Positions 19,636 through 29,579 of a stretch of DNA of 64,000 nucleotides are shown here, piece by piece. This DNA comes from Thalassobaculaceae bacterium (GTDB lineage Bacteria > Pseudomonadota > Alphaproteobacteria > Thalassobaculales > Thalassobaculaceae). The stretch covers positions 2,896,616-2,960,615 of the forward strand of contig OZ245843.1 in NCBI GenBank assembly GCA_965228875.1, read 5' to 3'. The position numbers and the translations under genes were made by a program. Each line of letters opens with the position of its first letter. Within the stretch, counting starts at the first letter, position 1. The notes under the pieces are model-generated. The model searched no databases. It had not been told where the DNA came from and worked only from the letters and a program-made list of their open reading frames with translations.

Positions 19636-20574
19636 TTACCCTTCGGCCGTGCGGACCGCGTCCATGTCGTGCAGGTCGAGCCGCTGGCCCGCCCGCATCA
19701 CCTGTCCCGGCAGGTCGTGGCCGACCACCTTCTCGACATCGCAGGCGATGGCCATCAGCTTGCGCAGGTCGATCCCGGTCTCGATGCCCATCTCGTGCAG
19801 CAGATAGACCAGATCCTCGGTACAGATGTTGCCGGTCGCGCCGGGCGCGAACGGACAGCCGCCGGTTCCGCCGAACGAGCTCTCGTACTTGTCGATGCCT
19901 TCGTCCAGACCGGCCATGACGTTGGCCAGGCCGATGCCGCGGGTGTTGTGGAAGTGCAGGGCGAGACTGAGCTTGGGCGCCGCCTCGCGCACGGCGGCCA
20001 GGCCTGCGCGGACCACCGGCGGGGTCGCCATGCCGGTGGTGTCGCCGAACGACATGCCGACGAAGCCCATGTCCTGGAACCGTTTGGCGATCATGGCGAG
20101 CTGGCTCGGCGGCACGTTGCCTTCGAACGGGCAGCCGAACGACGTGGCGATGGCGCCGTGCACCGGGATCCCGGCGTCTTCGGCGATGCGCGCGACCTCC
20201 TCGAAGCCCTTGAGCGACTCCTCGACGGTGCGGTTGACGTTCTTCCTGTTGTGGCTCTCGGAGGCGGAGACGAAGACCACCATCTCGTCGACCTCGCATT
20301 CGGCGGCGCGGATGGCGCCCCGGGCGTTCGGAACCAGGGTGGCGATGACCGTCCCCTTGGTGCGGTCGATGCCGGCCATGACCTCCGCCGCGTCGGCGAG
20401 CTGCGGCACCGCCTTGGGCGAAACGAAGGAGGTCGCCTCGATCCGCGGCACCCCGGCATCGATCAGCCGGTTGATGAGCGCGATCTTCTCGGCCGCCGGA
20501 ATCAGCCGCTTCTCCGCCTGCAGGCCGTCGCGGGGGCCGACATCGGTCACCTCCACCTTGCGTACCTGGGTCAT
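19636..20574 (-). CDS. hydroxymethylglutaryl-CoA lyase family
   Basis: VGPRDGLQ, SFVSPKAVPQLAD, FGCPFEG, HFHNTRG, GGCPFAPGATGN. Confidence 0.93.
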   Translation of the reverse strand: MTQVRKVEVTDVGPRDGLQAEKRLIPAAEKIALINRLIDAGVPRIEATSFVSPKAVPQLADAAEVMAGIDRTKGTVIATLVPNARGAIRAAECEVDEMVVFVSASESHNRKNVNRTVEESLKGFEEVARIAEDAGIPVHGAIATSFGCPFEGNVPPSQLAMIAKRFQDMGFVGMSFGDTTGMATPPVVRAGLAAVREAAPKLSLALHFHNTRGIGLANVMAGLDEGIDKYESSFGGTGGCPFAPGATGNICTEDLVYLLHEMGIETGIDLRKLMAIACDVEKVVGHDLPGQVMRAGQRLDLHDMDAVRTAEG

Positions 20575-20591
20575 CTCGCTTCCTCCGTCTT

Positions 20592-21578
20592 TCAAAATGT
20601 CCAGTGGGGCGGCCTGGCGCCGGCGATCGGGGAGCGGAAGGTGACCAGCCCCTCCCCCGCCAGCGAGCCGCAGTAAACCGTCTTCAGGTCGGGTCCGCCG
20701 AAGGTGACGCTGGCGATGTTCCGCAGGCGCCGTCCGGCCCCGATCATCAGGTCGTCGCGGGTGAAGGTGCCGGCGCGCCACCGGGCCATCGCACCGGCGA
20801 TCTCCGCCGCGTCGCAGTCCTCGAGCACCACGTGCTGACTCGTATCGGGCGCCACCCGGACCAGGCGGTTGCTCATGACGCTGGCGCACCAAACGCCGCC
20901 CTCGACATCGAACTCGAAGCCGTCGGGGATCACGCCGTCGATATACTCGACCACGGTGCGCCGGTGGCCGAGTTCGGCGCCCGTCAGCTCGAACCGCGAG
21001 AGACGGCGGGCCATGGTCTCGTTGACATAGAGCCACCGTCCGCTCGGATCGAGCTTGACCTCGTTGGTGTAGCCGAGTCCGTCGGCGACGATCCGGGCGG
21101 TGTCCGGGCGGTCGATCGCGTCCATCAGGATGATGAAGCCGTCGGCGACATCGCGGTGCAGCGCCCGGTCGCGCGGCACCCTCCAGGTGCTGACGGTGAT
21201 CCAGACCCGCCCCTCCTCGTCCAGATGGACGAAATTGACGGGCGGCACGCGATACCCGTCGATCTCCCGCAGCATCGGCCGGCAGGAGCCGTCGGGATAC
21301 AGCCGCCAGACGCCCCCGCTGTCGCCGAGGTTGGCGACCAGGAACGAGCCGTCGGGCGCCATCGACCAGCCGTTGGGCATGAAGTCGTCGGGGGCGCCGT
21401 CGGTCGCGATGACGGGATGGGGCGTGCCGTCGGCATCGAGCCGGGCCACGCCGCCGCCGCCCTCGGGCAGCGCATGGCTGACCCAGATCGCGCCGGCCTC
21501 GGTACAGGCGACGCATTCCGGGCGGCTCAGGCCGCGACCGAGGATCGAGACGGCATCGGGGGCGATGGTGAAGTCCAT
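20592..21578 (-). CDS. SMP-30/gluconolactonase/LRE family protein
   Basis: RPEC, PNG, L.YTNE, LYVNET, PDG...D.EG.VW, FGGPDLKT.Y. Confidence 0.88.
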   Translation of the reverse strand: MDFTIAPDAVSILGRGLSRPECVACTEAGAIWVSHALPEGGGGVARLDADGTPHPVIATDGAPDDFMPNGWSMAPDGSFLVANLGDSGGVWRLYPDGSCRPMLREIDGYRVPPVNFVHLDEEGRVWITVSTWRVPRDRALHRDVADGFIILMDAIDRPDTARIVADGLGYTNEVKLDPSGRWLYVNETMARRLSRFELTGAELGHRRTVVEYIDGVIPDGFEFDVEGGVWCASVMSNRLVRVAPDTSQHVVLEDCDAAEIAGAMARWRAGTFTRDDLMIGAGRRLRNIASVTFGGPDLKTVYCGSLAGEGLVTFRSPIAGARPPHWTF

Positions 21579-21725
21579 GACGGGCGGACTGTACTCCGCG
21601 TCGGATCGGTGGGAAAGACGGCCACGCGCAAAGCCGTTTTGCCAAGGGAGAACGATCGACCCACCCGCAAACCGGCCATCATGGCACCGACACACGAGCA
21701 CCCACAGCGAACCGAGGGCACGCCC

Positions 21726-22484
21726 ATGGACCTCCTCCTTTCCGACAAGACCGTTCTGATCACCGGCGCCACCGCCGGCATCGGACAGGCCGCGGCCAGG
21801 CTGCTGGCCCGCGAGGGCGCGACGGTGATCGCGACCGGCCGTCGCGCCGACGCCCTCGACGCCCTCGCCGACGAGATCGCCGCGACAGGCGCCGCCCGGC
21901 CCGCGACCGTCCGCGGCGACGTCGACGACGACGCGGCCTGTGCCCGGATCGCGACCGAGGCCCTGGACGCGGCGGACGGCAGGATCGACATCCTCATCAA
22001 CAACGTCGGCGCCTCGGCGCCGATGCCGGATCCCTGGGACGAGGCGCGGTGGAACGCCTCGCTGCAACTGAACTTCGCGGCGGCCCGCCAGATCTCGGCG
22101 GTGATCGTGCCGGGCATGAAGGCGCGCGAATGGGGCCGAATCGTCAATGTGACCGGCGCCATGGTCGGCCCCTCCATGAACGCCGCGGCGCCGGCCAAGG
22201 CCGCGCTCCAGTCCTGGTCGCGGACCCTGTCGATCGAACTCGCACCGTTCGGCATTACGGTGAACACCATCGCGCCCGGACGGATCAACTCCGATCAGAT
22301 CCGCAACAACCTGCACCCGACCGACGAGAGCCGGCAGGCGTTCATCGACCGCTTCATCCCGGCCGGCTATTTCGGCGAACCGGAGGACCTGGCGATCCTC
22401 ATGGTGTTCCTGGCCTCGCCGTTGGCCCGCTACATCAGCGGTGCCGCGATTCCGGTCGACGGGGCGATGCTGCGGATCGGCTAG
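21726..22484 (+). CDS. SDR-family oxidoreductase
   Basis: TGATAGIG, LINNVG, NTIAPGRI, YISGA.IPVDG; catalytic Tyr not evident (AAPAK). Confidence 0.9.
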   Translation: MDLLLSDKTVLITGATAGIGQAAARLLAREGATVIATGRRADALDALADEIAATGAARPATVRGDVDDDAACARIATEALDAADGRIDILINNVGASAPMPDPWDEARWNASLQLNFAAARQISAVIVPGMKAREWGRIVNVTGAMVGPSMNAAAPAKAALQSWSRTLSIELAPFGITVNTIAPGRINSDQIRNNLHPTDESRQAFIDRFIPAGYFGEPEDLAILMVFLASPLARYISGAAIPVDGAMLRIG

Positions 22485-22487
22485 ATC

Positions 22488-23408
22488 TCACCGGTCCGGC
22501 AGGGGAATGAATTCCTCCTCGTCGCCGGGGACGATATCGAACTTCCCGGCCTTCCAGTCGGCCTTGGCGGCGTCGATCCGGTCCCTGGACGAGTGGACGA
22601 AGTTCCACCAGATGTAGCGCGGGCCGTCCATCGGCTCGCCACCCAGCACCTGGATGCGGGCCTGGCTCGCCGCCTCGACGGTGACCGGGTCCCCCGGATG
22701 CAGCACCAGGAGTTGGCCGCACTCGAAGCGGTCGCCGGCGACCGACACCGTGCCCTCGGCCACGTAGATCGCCCGCTCCTCATGCTCCGCCGGGATCGGC
22801 AGGCGGGCGCCGGTCTGCAGGGCGACGTCGGCGTAGATCATGTCGGAAAGCGTCGTGACCGGCGAGGTCGCGCCCCAGAGCGAGCCGGCGATCACCCGCA
22901 CCGCCTTGCCCTCGGCCTCCAGTGTCGGCAGTTCGTCTTCGCTGCGGTGCTCGAAGGCCGGGGCGATCTCCTCCCGCGCCTTCGGCAGGGCAATCCACGA
23001 CTGGATGCCGAACAGCCGCGGTCCGGACGCGCGGACGGCCTCGTCGGTCCGCTCGGAATGGACGATCCCCTTGCCCGCGGTCATCAGGTTGACCTCGCCC
23101 GGCCGGATCGCCAGCGACGACCCGAGACTGTCGCGGTGATGGATTTCGCCGTCGAACAGGTAGGTCAGGGTCGCGAGGCCGATATGCGGGTGCGGCCGCA
23201 CGTTGATCCCCTCGCCGGCCGGGAACGTTGCCGGCCCCATCTGGTCCCAGAAGATGAAGGGACCGATCATCTGGCGCCTGGCGGACGGCAGCGCGCGGCG
23301 CACCTCGAAGCCGCCGAGGTCGCGGGCGCGGGGGACGATCACCAGGTCGATCGCGTTCGGGTTGTCGCCGTCCACGCAATCCGGGTCCAGGGCCTGCAGC
23401 GTGCTCAT
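22488..23408 (-). CDS. pirin family protein
   Basis: GPFIF.D, PHPHIG, HRDS.G, MTAG.GI.HSE, WWNFV. Confidence 0.95.
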   Translation of the reverse strand: MSTLQALDPDCVDGDNPNAIDLVIVPRARDLGGFEVRRALPSARRQMIGPFIFWDQMGPATFPAGEGINVRPHPHIGLATLTYLFDGEIHHRDSLGSSLAIRPGEVNLMTAGKGIVHSERTDEAVRASGPRLFGIQSWIALPKAREEIAPAFEHRSEDELPTLEAEGKAVRVIAGSLWGATSPVTTLSDMIYADVALQTGARLPIPAEHEERAIYVAEGTVSVAGDRFECGQLLVLHPGDPVTVEAASQARIQVLGGEPMDGPRYIWWNFVHSSRDRIDAAKADWKAGKFDIVPGDEEEFIPLPDR

Positions 23409-23497
23409 CGCGGTCTCCACCAAAGATCGGGGCTGGTTCCACAGACTATAGTTCATAGGATGAGGAATCGAAGCCTGCCCACCGTCGGAGGTGCCGA

Positions 23498-24325
23498 ATG
23501 AATTCCGTCTTGAGCCGGGAGATCTCGGAGGAGGAGATCGAGACCTATGAGCGCGACGGCGTGGTCTGTCTGCGCGGTATCCTGGATGCCGACTGGATCG
23601 CCTACCTGCGCGATCTGCTCGAAGTCGACAAGGCCAGCCCATCGGGCATGGTCAAGAACATCAACGCCAAAGATGCGGCCGGTCAGTTCTTCGGCGACAC
23701 CTTCGTGTGGCAGCACGTGGAAGGGTTTCGCAGGGCCGTGTTCGAGAGCCCGATGGCGGCCATCGCCGCCGCCCTGACCCGGTCGACGAAGGTGAACCTG
23801 ATCTTCGACCAGATCCTCATCAAGGAGCCGGGCACGACCACGCCGACCGTCTGGCATCACGACGCCACATACTGGCCGGTCATGGGTGACAAGGTGGCGA
23901 CCCTGTGGCTGGCGCTGGACGACGCCACCGCCGAGACCGGTGCGATGGAGTTCGTCGCCGGCTCGCACCGCTGGGGCCAGCGCTTCAAGGCGGTGAGCTT
24001 CGACCCCGCCCAGACCTACGAGGAGGATCTGCCGCCGGTCCCCGACATCGAGGCCGAGCGCGATCGCCATTCCCTGATCCGCTACGAACTGGAGCCGGGC
24101 GACTGCACGGTGCACCACGGCCTGCTGCTGCACGCGGCCCCCGGCAACTCGTCGCCCACCCAGCGGCGCCGCGCCTATCTCACCCGGTGGGCGGGCGACG
24201 ATGTCGTCTATTCTCCGCGACCCAACCTGCAGAAGATGCTGCGCGATCCCGGTATCCCCGCCGGCGGGCCGCTGGACTGCGACCTCTTCCCCGTGGTCTG
24301 GCGGGCCGACGCCGCGGCGGAGTAG
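23498..24325 (+). CDS. phytanoyl-CoA dioxygenase (PhyH) family protein
   Basis: YERDG, KEPG, WHHD, WLALD, GSH.W, PGD...H....H, RRA. Confidence 0.9.
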   Translation: MNSVLSREISEEEIETYERDGVVCLRGILDADWIAYLRDLLEVDKASPSGMVKNINAKDAAGQFFGDTFVWQHVEGFRRAVFESPMAAIAAALTRSTKVNLIFDQILIKEPGTTTPTVWHHDATYWPVMGDKVATLWLALDDATAETGAMEFVAGSHRWGQRFKAVSFDPAQTYEEDLPPVPDIEAERDRHSLIRYELEPGDCTVHHGLLLHAAPGNSSPTQRRRAYLTRWAGDDVVYSPRPNLQKMLRDPGIPAGGPLDCDLFPVVWRADAAAE

Positions 24326-24441
24326 TCCCAAGAGCACGTCACGATCGGATGGAAACATCCGGTCGCGTGAATGCGCTCTATCTCTCGGGACTAAGAGGGT
24401 GCTTCACGGTTCGGACCTGTTCGACCCGAACCGATCGCGTT

Positions 24442-24873
24442 CTAACCCACCCGTCGGCGCACCACGGTGACGCCGACGCTCTCGGCGTCGTGGAACACGT
24501 CGAGCTTGGAGATCGTCACCTCGGCACGCTTCGCGCGCTCGTCGGCGAGCGCGATCTCGGCCACCCGGTCGGCCAGGGTCTCGACCAGGCGCACGTGGCC
24601 GCCGCCGGCCAGGGCCCGCACCGCCTTGACGATACGCTCGTAGCAGTAGACCCGGGCATAATCCTCGCGGAAGCCGCCCTCGGGCCGGACCACCTCGACC
24701 GCCATGTCCACCCGCACACGCTGCCGCACGCCCTGCTCGTGGGCGTGGATACCGATCTGGAAATCGACAACGAGTCCGTTGATGCGCACCGTGTAGACGG
24801 CATCCACCACCTCGGTGGTGTCCGCGACACGCGGTTCGTCGATCGTGAAGGTCATCGGTCCCTCGGGTGCCAT
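24442..24873 (-). CDS. folB: dihydroneopterin aldolase
   Basis: IGIHAHE...Q.V.VD, V.CYE, H..LVETLA, KLDVF....SVGV; start could be 24855. Confidence 0.85.
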   Translation of the reverse strand: MAPEGPMTFTIDEPRVADTTEVVDAVYTVRINGLVVDFQIGIHAHEQGVRQRVRVDMAVEVVRPEGGFREDYARVYCYERIVKAVRALAGGGHVRLVETLADRVAEIALADERAKRAEVTISKLDVFHDAESVGVTVVRRRVG

Positions 24874-25056
24874 GTCCGTCGTCTCTGCCCGTCGCCATGC
24901 CCCGCCGAAGCAGGGCCGCCAATCCTGAAGTGGCGCGCACCCTAGACCGTCGGACCGGGGCTTGTCGTCCCAAACCCGCCACGCAAGGGGCAATTCCCGC
25001 CGTCTCACCTTCCCATCTTGGCGCCGACCGCCGTCAGGTCTAGGGTCTGCGCAATC

Positions 25057-25066
25057 TTGTATACAA
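25057..25066. promoter_or_regulatory. palindrome TTGTATACAA, GntR-family-type operator candidate
   Basis: Perfect 10-bp palindrome 15 nt upstream of the ATG at 25082. Confidence 0.5.
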
Positions 25067-25081
25067 ATCGGAGGAGACAGC

Positions 25082-25465
25082 ATGAGCGACAAGGCGATGT
25101 TCGAGGCCGGGCTCAAGAACCGGCGCGAGGTACTGGGCGCGGAGTATGTCGACAAGTCGATCGCGTCGGCCGACGACTTCAACATGCCGATGCAGGAGCT
25201 GGTCACCGAGTACTGCTGGGGCGAGGTGTGGGGCCGTCCGGGCCTGACCCGGCAGCAGCGCTCGATGCTGAACCTCGGCATGCTGGTGGCGCTCGGTCGC
25301 AGCCACGAGCTGCGTCTGCACATCCGCGGCGCGATCAACAACGGCCTGAGCAAGGACGACATCAAGGAGGTCTTCCTGCAGACCGCCATCTACTGTGGCG
25401 TGCCGGCGGCGATCGACGCCTTCCGCAACGCCCGCGAGGTCTTCAAGGAGATGGGGATCGACTGA
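25082..25465 (+). CDS. carboxymuconolactone decarboxylase family protein
   Basis: G...RREVLG.EYVD, YCWGEVWGRPGL, ELRLH, AIYCGVPA. Confidence 0.92.
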   Translation: MSDKAMFEAGLKNRREVLGAEYVDKSIASADDFNMPMQELVTEYCWGEVWGRPGLTRQQRSMLNLGMLVALGRSHELRLHIRGAINNGLSKDDIKEVFLQTAIYCGVPAAIDAFRNAREVFKEMGID

Positions 25466-25529
25466 TCCCCGCCACCCTTCGCCCGCAGCAGCACCCCCGC
25501 AAGAACGCCATCGAGCAATGGAGAGAAAC

Positions 25530-26441
25530 ATGTCCGACATCACCGTCGGGTGGATCGGCATCGGCAACATGGGCTGGCCGATGGCCCGGAACGCCAAGCA
25601 GGCCGGCATCGACATCGCGGTCTTCGACCTGGACCAGGAGAAGCTCGGCAAGTTCGCCGACGAGTTCGACGCCAAGCGCGCCTCCAGCTTGGCGGCGCTG
25701 TCGGAGATGTCGGACGTGATCGTCACCATCGTGCCGGACGGCAAGGTGGTGCGGCGGATCTGCTTCGGCGACGGCGACAACCTGGCCGACGGGTTCGCGC
25801 CGGGCAAGATCGTGGTCGACATGAGCTCGTCCGCGCCGATGGGGACCCGTTCGCTCGGCGACGAGCTGCATGCCAAGGGTGTCACCCTGATCGACGCGCC
25901 GGTCTCCGGCGGCGTGCTCGGCGCCGACAAAGCGACCCTGTCGATCATGGTCGGCGGCAGCGACGAGGCGGCGATCGCCAAGGTCATGCCGACGTTCGAG
26001 GCGACGGGAAAGAACATCTTCCGCTGCGGCCCGCTCGGCGCCGGCCACGCCATGAAGTGCCTGAACAACTACCTGTCGGCGGTCGGCCTGACCGCGGCGA
26101 ACGAGGCACTGCTGATCGGCCAGAAGTTCGGCCTCGACCCGTCGGCCATGGTCGACATCCTGAACGTCTCCACCGGCCGCAACTCCTCGACCGAGCGCAA
26201 GTACCACCAGTCGGTGCTGCCGCGGACCTACAACTCCGGCTTCGCCACCGCGCTGATGGCCAAGGACGTGGGCATCGCCGCCGGCCTGGCCGGCGACCAG
26301 GACATGTTCGCCCCGCTGCTGCATTCGTTGAACGACATCTGGACCAAGTACAACGAGGTCATGCCGGAAGCGAACCACGAGGCGACGATCGAGTACCTGG
26401 AGAAGATCAACGCGACCCGCCTCAAGGGTCCGAAGTCCTAA
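25530..26441 (+). CDS. NAD(P)-dependent beta-hydroxyacid dehydrogenase
   Basis: GWIGIGNMG.PMA, DAPVSGG, GAGHAMK..NN, KD..IA. Confidence 0.9.
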   Translation: MSDITVGWIGIGNMGWPMARNAKQAGIDIAVFDLDQEKLGKFADEFDAKRASSLAALSEMSDVIVTIVPDGKVVRRICFGDGDNLADGFAPGKIVVDMSSSAPMGTRSLGDELHAKGVTLIDAPVSGGVLGADKATLSIMVGGSDEAAIAKVMPTFEATGKNIFRCGPLGAGHAMKCLNNYLSAVGLTAANEALLIGQKFGLDPSAMVDILNVSTGRNSSTERKYHQSVLPRTYNSGFATALMAKDVGIAAGLAGDQDMFAPLLHSLNDIWTKYNEVMPEANHEATIEYLEKINATRLKGPKS

Positions 26442-26452
26442 GGGAGGGCGCC

Positions 26453-27661
26453 ATGGCGGGGCAGCCGCTGCAGGGCGTGCGGATCCTGGCGGTCGAGCAG
26501 TATGGTGCCGGCCCGTTCGGCACCATGTACCTGGCCAACCAGGGGGCCGAGGTCATCAAGGTCGAGAACCCGCACGACGGCGGCGACATGGCGCGCGCCG
26601 TCGGGCCCTACTTCTTCGACGGGGATGGCGCGCAGAGCCAGTTCTACCACTCGTTCAACCTGAACAAGCGCAGCGTCGGTCTCGATCTGCGCAGCGAGGA
26701 CGGGCGGCGGATCTTCCGCGAACTGGCGGCAACGGCGGATGCCGTGACCAACAACCTGCGCGGCGACGTGCCGGAGAAGCTCGGGCTTGATTACGCCAGC
26801 CTGAAGGAGGCCAACCCGCGGATCGTCTGCGCCCATCTGTCGGCCTATGGCCGCGACGGGTCGCGCAAGACCTGGCCCGGCTACGACTATCTGATGCAGG
26901 CGGAGGCCGGCTGGTTCTCGGTGACCGGCGAGCCGGGCTCGCCGCCGAGCCGGTTCGGCCTGTCGGTGGTCGATCTGATGACCGGCGTGACCATGGCCTT
27001 CGGCGTCACCTCGGCGATCCTGCAGGCACGCGAGACCGGCGAGGGCCGCGACGTCGACGTCAGCCTGTTCGACCTGGCCCTGCACACGGTGACCTACCTG
27101 TCGACCTGGTACCTGAACGCCGGCCACGTTCAGGAGCGCCTGGCCCGCTCGGCCCACCCGTCCCTGACCCCGTGTCAGACCTACCGGACCAAGGACGGCT
27201 GGATCTACCTGATGTGCAACAAGGAGAAGTTCTGGCCGGCGCTGTGCGAGAAGATCGGCCGGCCGGAGCTCGGCACCGACCCGCGGTTCGCCACCTTCAA
27301 GGACCGTTTCGCCGCGCGTCCGGCGATCCAGGAGATTCTCGACGAGGCCCTGAGCGCGAAGACGACGGCGGAATGGATGGTGGAGTTCGGCGGCAGCGTG
27401 CCCGCCTCACCGATCCTCGACATCGCCGACGCCATGGACAATCCCTTTGTCGCGGAGCGCGGCGGCATCCACGACTTCGCCCCGCCCGCCGGGCTTGAGG
27501 AGACGTTCCGTATGGTCGCCCACCCGATCCGCAATTCCGGCTCCGCCCCGCCGAAACGCCCGGGGCCTGAGCTTGGCGGCGACACCGACGCGCTGCTGAA
27601 CGAACTCGGCTACGGCCCGGCGGCGATCCGGGCCCTCAAGGATTCGGGAGCAGTGGGATGA
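26453..27661 (+). CDS. CaiB/BaiF class III CoA-transferase
   Basis: PLQGVRIL..EQYGAGPF, NLNKRS, PGYDY..QAE, GPELG. Confidence 0.93.
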   Translation: MAGQPLQGVRILAVEQYGAGPFGTMYLANQGAEVIKVENPHDGGDMARAVGPYFFDGDGAQSQFYHSFNLNKRSVGLDLRSEDGRRIFRELAATADAVTNNLRGDVPEKLGLDYASLKEANPRIVCAHLSAYGRDGSRKTWPGYDYLMQAEAGWFSVTGEPGSPPSRFGLSVVDLMTGVTMAFGVTSAILQARETGEGRDVDVSLFDLALHTVTYLSTWYLNAGHVQERLARSAHPSLTPCQTYRTKDGWIYLMCNKEKFWPALCEKIGRPELGTDPRFATFKDRFAARPAIQEILDEALSAKTTAEWMVEFGGSVPASPILDIADAMDNPFVAERGGIHDFAPPAGLEETFRMVAHPIRNSGSAPPKRPGPELGGDTDALLNELGYGPAAIRALKDSGAVG

Positions 27662-28563
27662 GCACCAGACTCGCGTTCATCGGTTTCGGCGAGGCCGGAC
27701 CGCAGATCGCCGCCGGAATGCTCGGCGCGGGCGCCGGCTCCGTCGCCGCCTACGACATCCTGGTCGCGGACCCCGCCGCGCGCGACGGCTGGACGGCCAG
27801 GGCCGAAGCCGTGCCGGCCAGACCCTGCGCCACGCCGGCCGAAGCGGTGGCCGACGCCGACATGATCCTCTCCACCGTAACCTCCGAGCGGGCGCTCGAG
27901 GCGGCGGAGGCTGCCGCCCCGCACCTGCGCCAGGGACAGCTCTATCTCGACCTGAACTCCTGCTCGCCGGGCAAGAAGGTCAAGGCGGCCAAGGCGGTCG
28001 AGGCCACGTCCGCCGCCCGCTATGTCGACGTGGCGGTGATGGACACGGTGCCGGGGCGCGGCCACAAGGTGCCGATGCTGCTGGCCGGCGGGGCGGCGGA
28101 AGCGGCGGCCGAGACCCTGCGCGCCTTCGGGATGACCGTCGAGGTCGTCGGCGACACGGTCGGCCAAGCCTCGACCATCAAGATGGCGCGTTCGGTGTTC
28201 ATGAAGGGGATCGAAGCGATCCTGTGCGAGAGCCTCGTCGCCGCCGACCGGGCCGGCGTCGCCGACCGGGTGCTGGGCTCGATCCAGAAGACCTTCCCCG
28301 GTCTCGACTGGCGCCAGCTCGCCACCTACCACATGGGCCGCATGGCGGTGCACGGCCGCCGCCGGGCGATCGAGATGGACAGCGTCGCCGACACCCTGAC
28401 CGATCTCGGCCTGGACCCGTTCACCGCCAAAGGCACCCGCGACCGCCAGATGTGGGTCGCCGACCTCGGCCTGCGCGACCGGTTCATCGAGAAGGAGCCG
28501 GAGACGCTGGAGGAGTTCCTGGAGGCGGTCGCCGCGCGCACCGCTGCAGCCGCTTCCCACTAG
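27658..28563 (+). CDS. NAD(P)-dependent oxidoreductase with DUF1932-type C-terminus
   Basis: FIGFGEAG, DLNSCSP..K, KM.RSVFMKG.EA, HG.RRA.EM; ATGA overlap. Confidence 0.85.
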   Translation: MSTRLAFIGFGEAGPQIAAGMLGAGAGSVAAYDILVADPAARDGWTARAEAVPARPCATPAEAVADADMILSTVTSERALEAAEAAAPHLRQGQLYLDLNSCSPGKKVKAAKAVEATSAARYVDVAVMDTVPGRGHKVPMLLAGGAAEAAAETLRAFGMTVEVVGDTVGQASTIKMARSVFMKGIEAILCESLVAADRAGVADRVLGSIQKTFPGLDWRQLATYHMGRMAVHGRRRAIEMDSVADTLTDLGLDPFTAKGTRDRQMWVADLGLRDRFIEKEPETLEEFLEAVAARTAAAASH

Positions 28564-28698
28564 ACAAGAAATCTCTTGGTATTACATGGTGCGGTGTGGC
28601 CGGGGAGGACGCGGCCTCAATCTGTATGACGCACCGCGCACCGGCCCCCGGCGGGAAGCAAACCCGCCGGCCGACAGTTTCACGAGAGGAGAGCCGCA

Positions 28699-29307
28699 AT
28701 GGCCTTTGAACTTCCCGATCTGCCGTATCCCCATGACGCCCTGGCTCCGGTCATGTCCAAGGAGACGCTGGAGTTCCACCACGACAAGCACCACAACGCC
28801 TATGTCGTGAACGGCAACAACCTGCTGAAAGACAGCGGCCTCGAGGGCAAGTCGCTCGAGGAGGTGGTCAAGGCTTCCTACAACGGCGGCCAGGGCGGCG
28901 GTCTGTTCAACAACGCCTCCCAGCACTGGAACCACATCGAGTTCTGGAAGTGGATGAAGCCGAACGGCGGCGGCGCCATCCCGGGCGAGCTCGAGAAGAA
29001 GATCGTCGAGGATTTCGGCAGCGTCGACGCCATGAAGGACGCCTTCGTGCAGGCCGGCGTCACCCAGTTCGGCTCCGGCTGGTGCTGGCTTATCCTGGGC
29101 AATGACGGCAAGCTGGCCGTCACCAAGACGGCGAACGGCGTGAACCCGCTGGCCACCGGCGAGGGCACCGCCCTGCTCGGCTGCGACGTGTGGGAGCACT
29201 CCTACTACATCGACTACCGCAACGCCCGTCCGGACTACGTCAAGGCGTTCGTCAACGACCTGGTCAACTGGGAGCGCGTGGCCGAGCTGTTCGGCGCGGC
29301 GTCCTGA
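28699..29307 (+). CDS. sodB: Fe/Mn superoxide dismutase (Fe-type features)
   Basis: HHDKHH, FNNASQHWNH, QFGSGW, DVWEHSYYIDYRN. Confidence 0.95.
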   Translation: MAFELPDLPYPHDALAPVMSKETLEFHHDKHHNAYVVNGNNLLKDSGLEGKSLEEVVKASYNGGQGGGLFNNASQHWNHIEFWKWMKPNGGGAIPGELEKKIVEDFGSVDAMKDAFVQAGVTQFGSGWCWLILGNDGKLAVTKTANGVNPLATGEGTALLGCDVWEHSYYIDYRNARPDYVKAFVNDLVNWERVAELFGAAS

Positions 29308-29379
29308 GCACACGCAAGACACGGTCGATGATTTGAACTTTTTGAAATCATCGAGTCACCGACCGAACCCATGACTGCG

Positions 29380-29422
29380 AGGCCGGCACCAAAGACAACG
29401 TCCAGGTGCCGGCCTTTTGTTT
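29380..29422 (+). terminator. intrinsic terminator downstream of sodB
   Basis: Stem AGGCCGGCACC/GGTGCCGGCCT followed by T-rich run; a second 10-bp inverted repeat lies at 29325-29354. Confidence 0.7.
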
Positions 29423-29579
29423 CTCGGCGCGCATATCCACCATTCAACTCAACGCTGCCACTAGTATTCCCGGATTCTTCACAACCATTGACAAATGTGA
29501 ATTTTCTCACGCGAATCGGTCTTGTTTGCATTCGCGACCGCATGCGAGAGTTTCCTCGATTTGATCTGTCCAAGGAAAA

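Noticed and set aside
21626..21646. Sigma-54 promoter on the minus strand (TGGCAAAACGGCTTTGC)
   Set aside because: GG-to-GC spacing is 12 nt rather than the required 10
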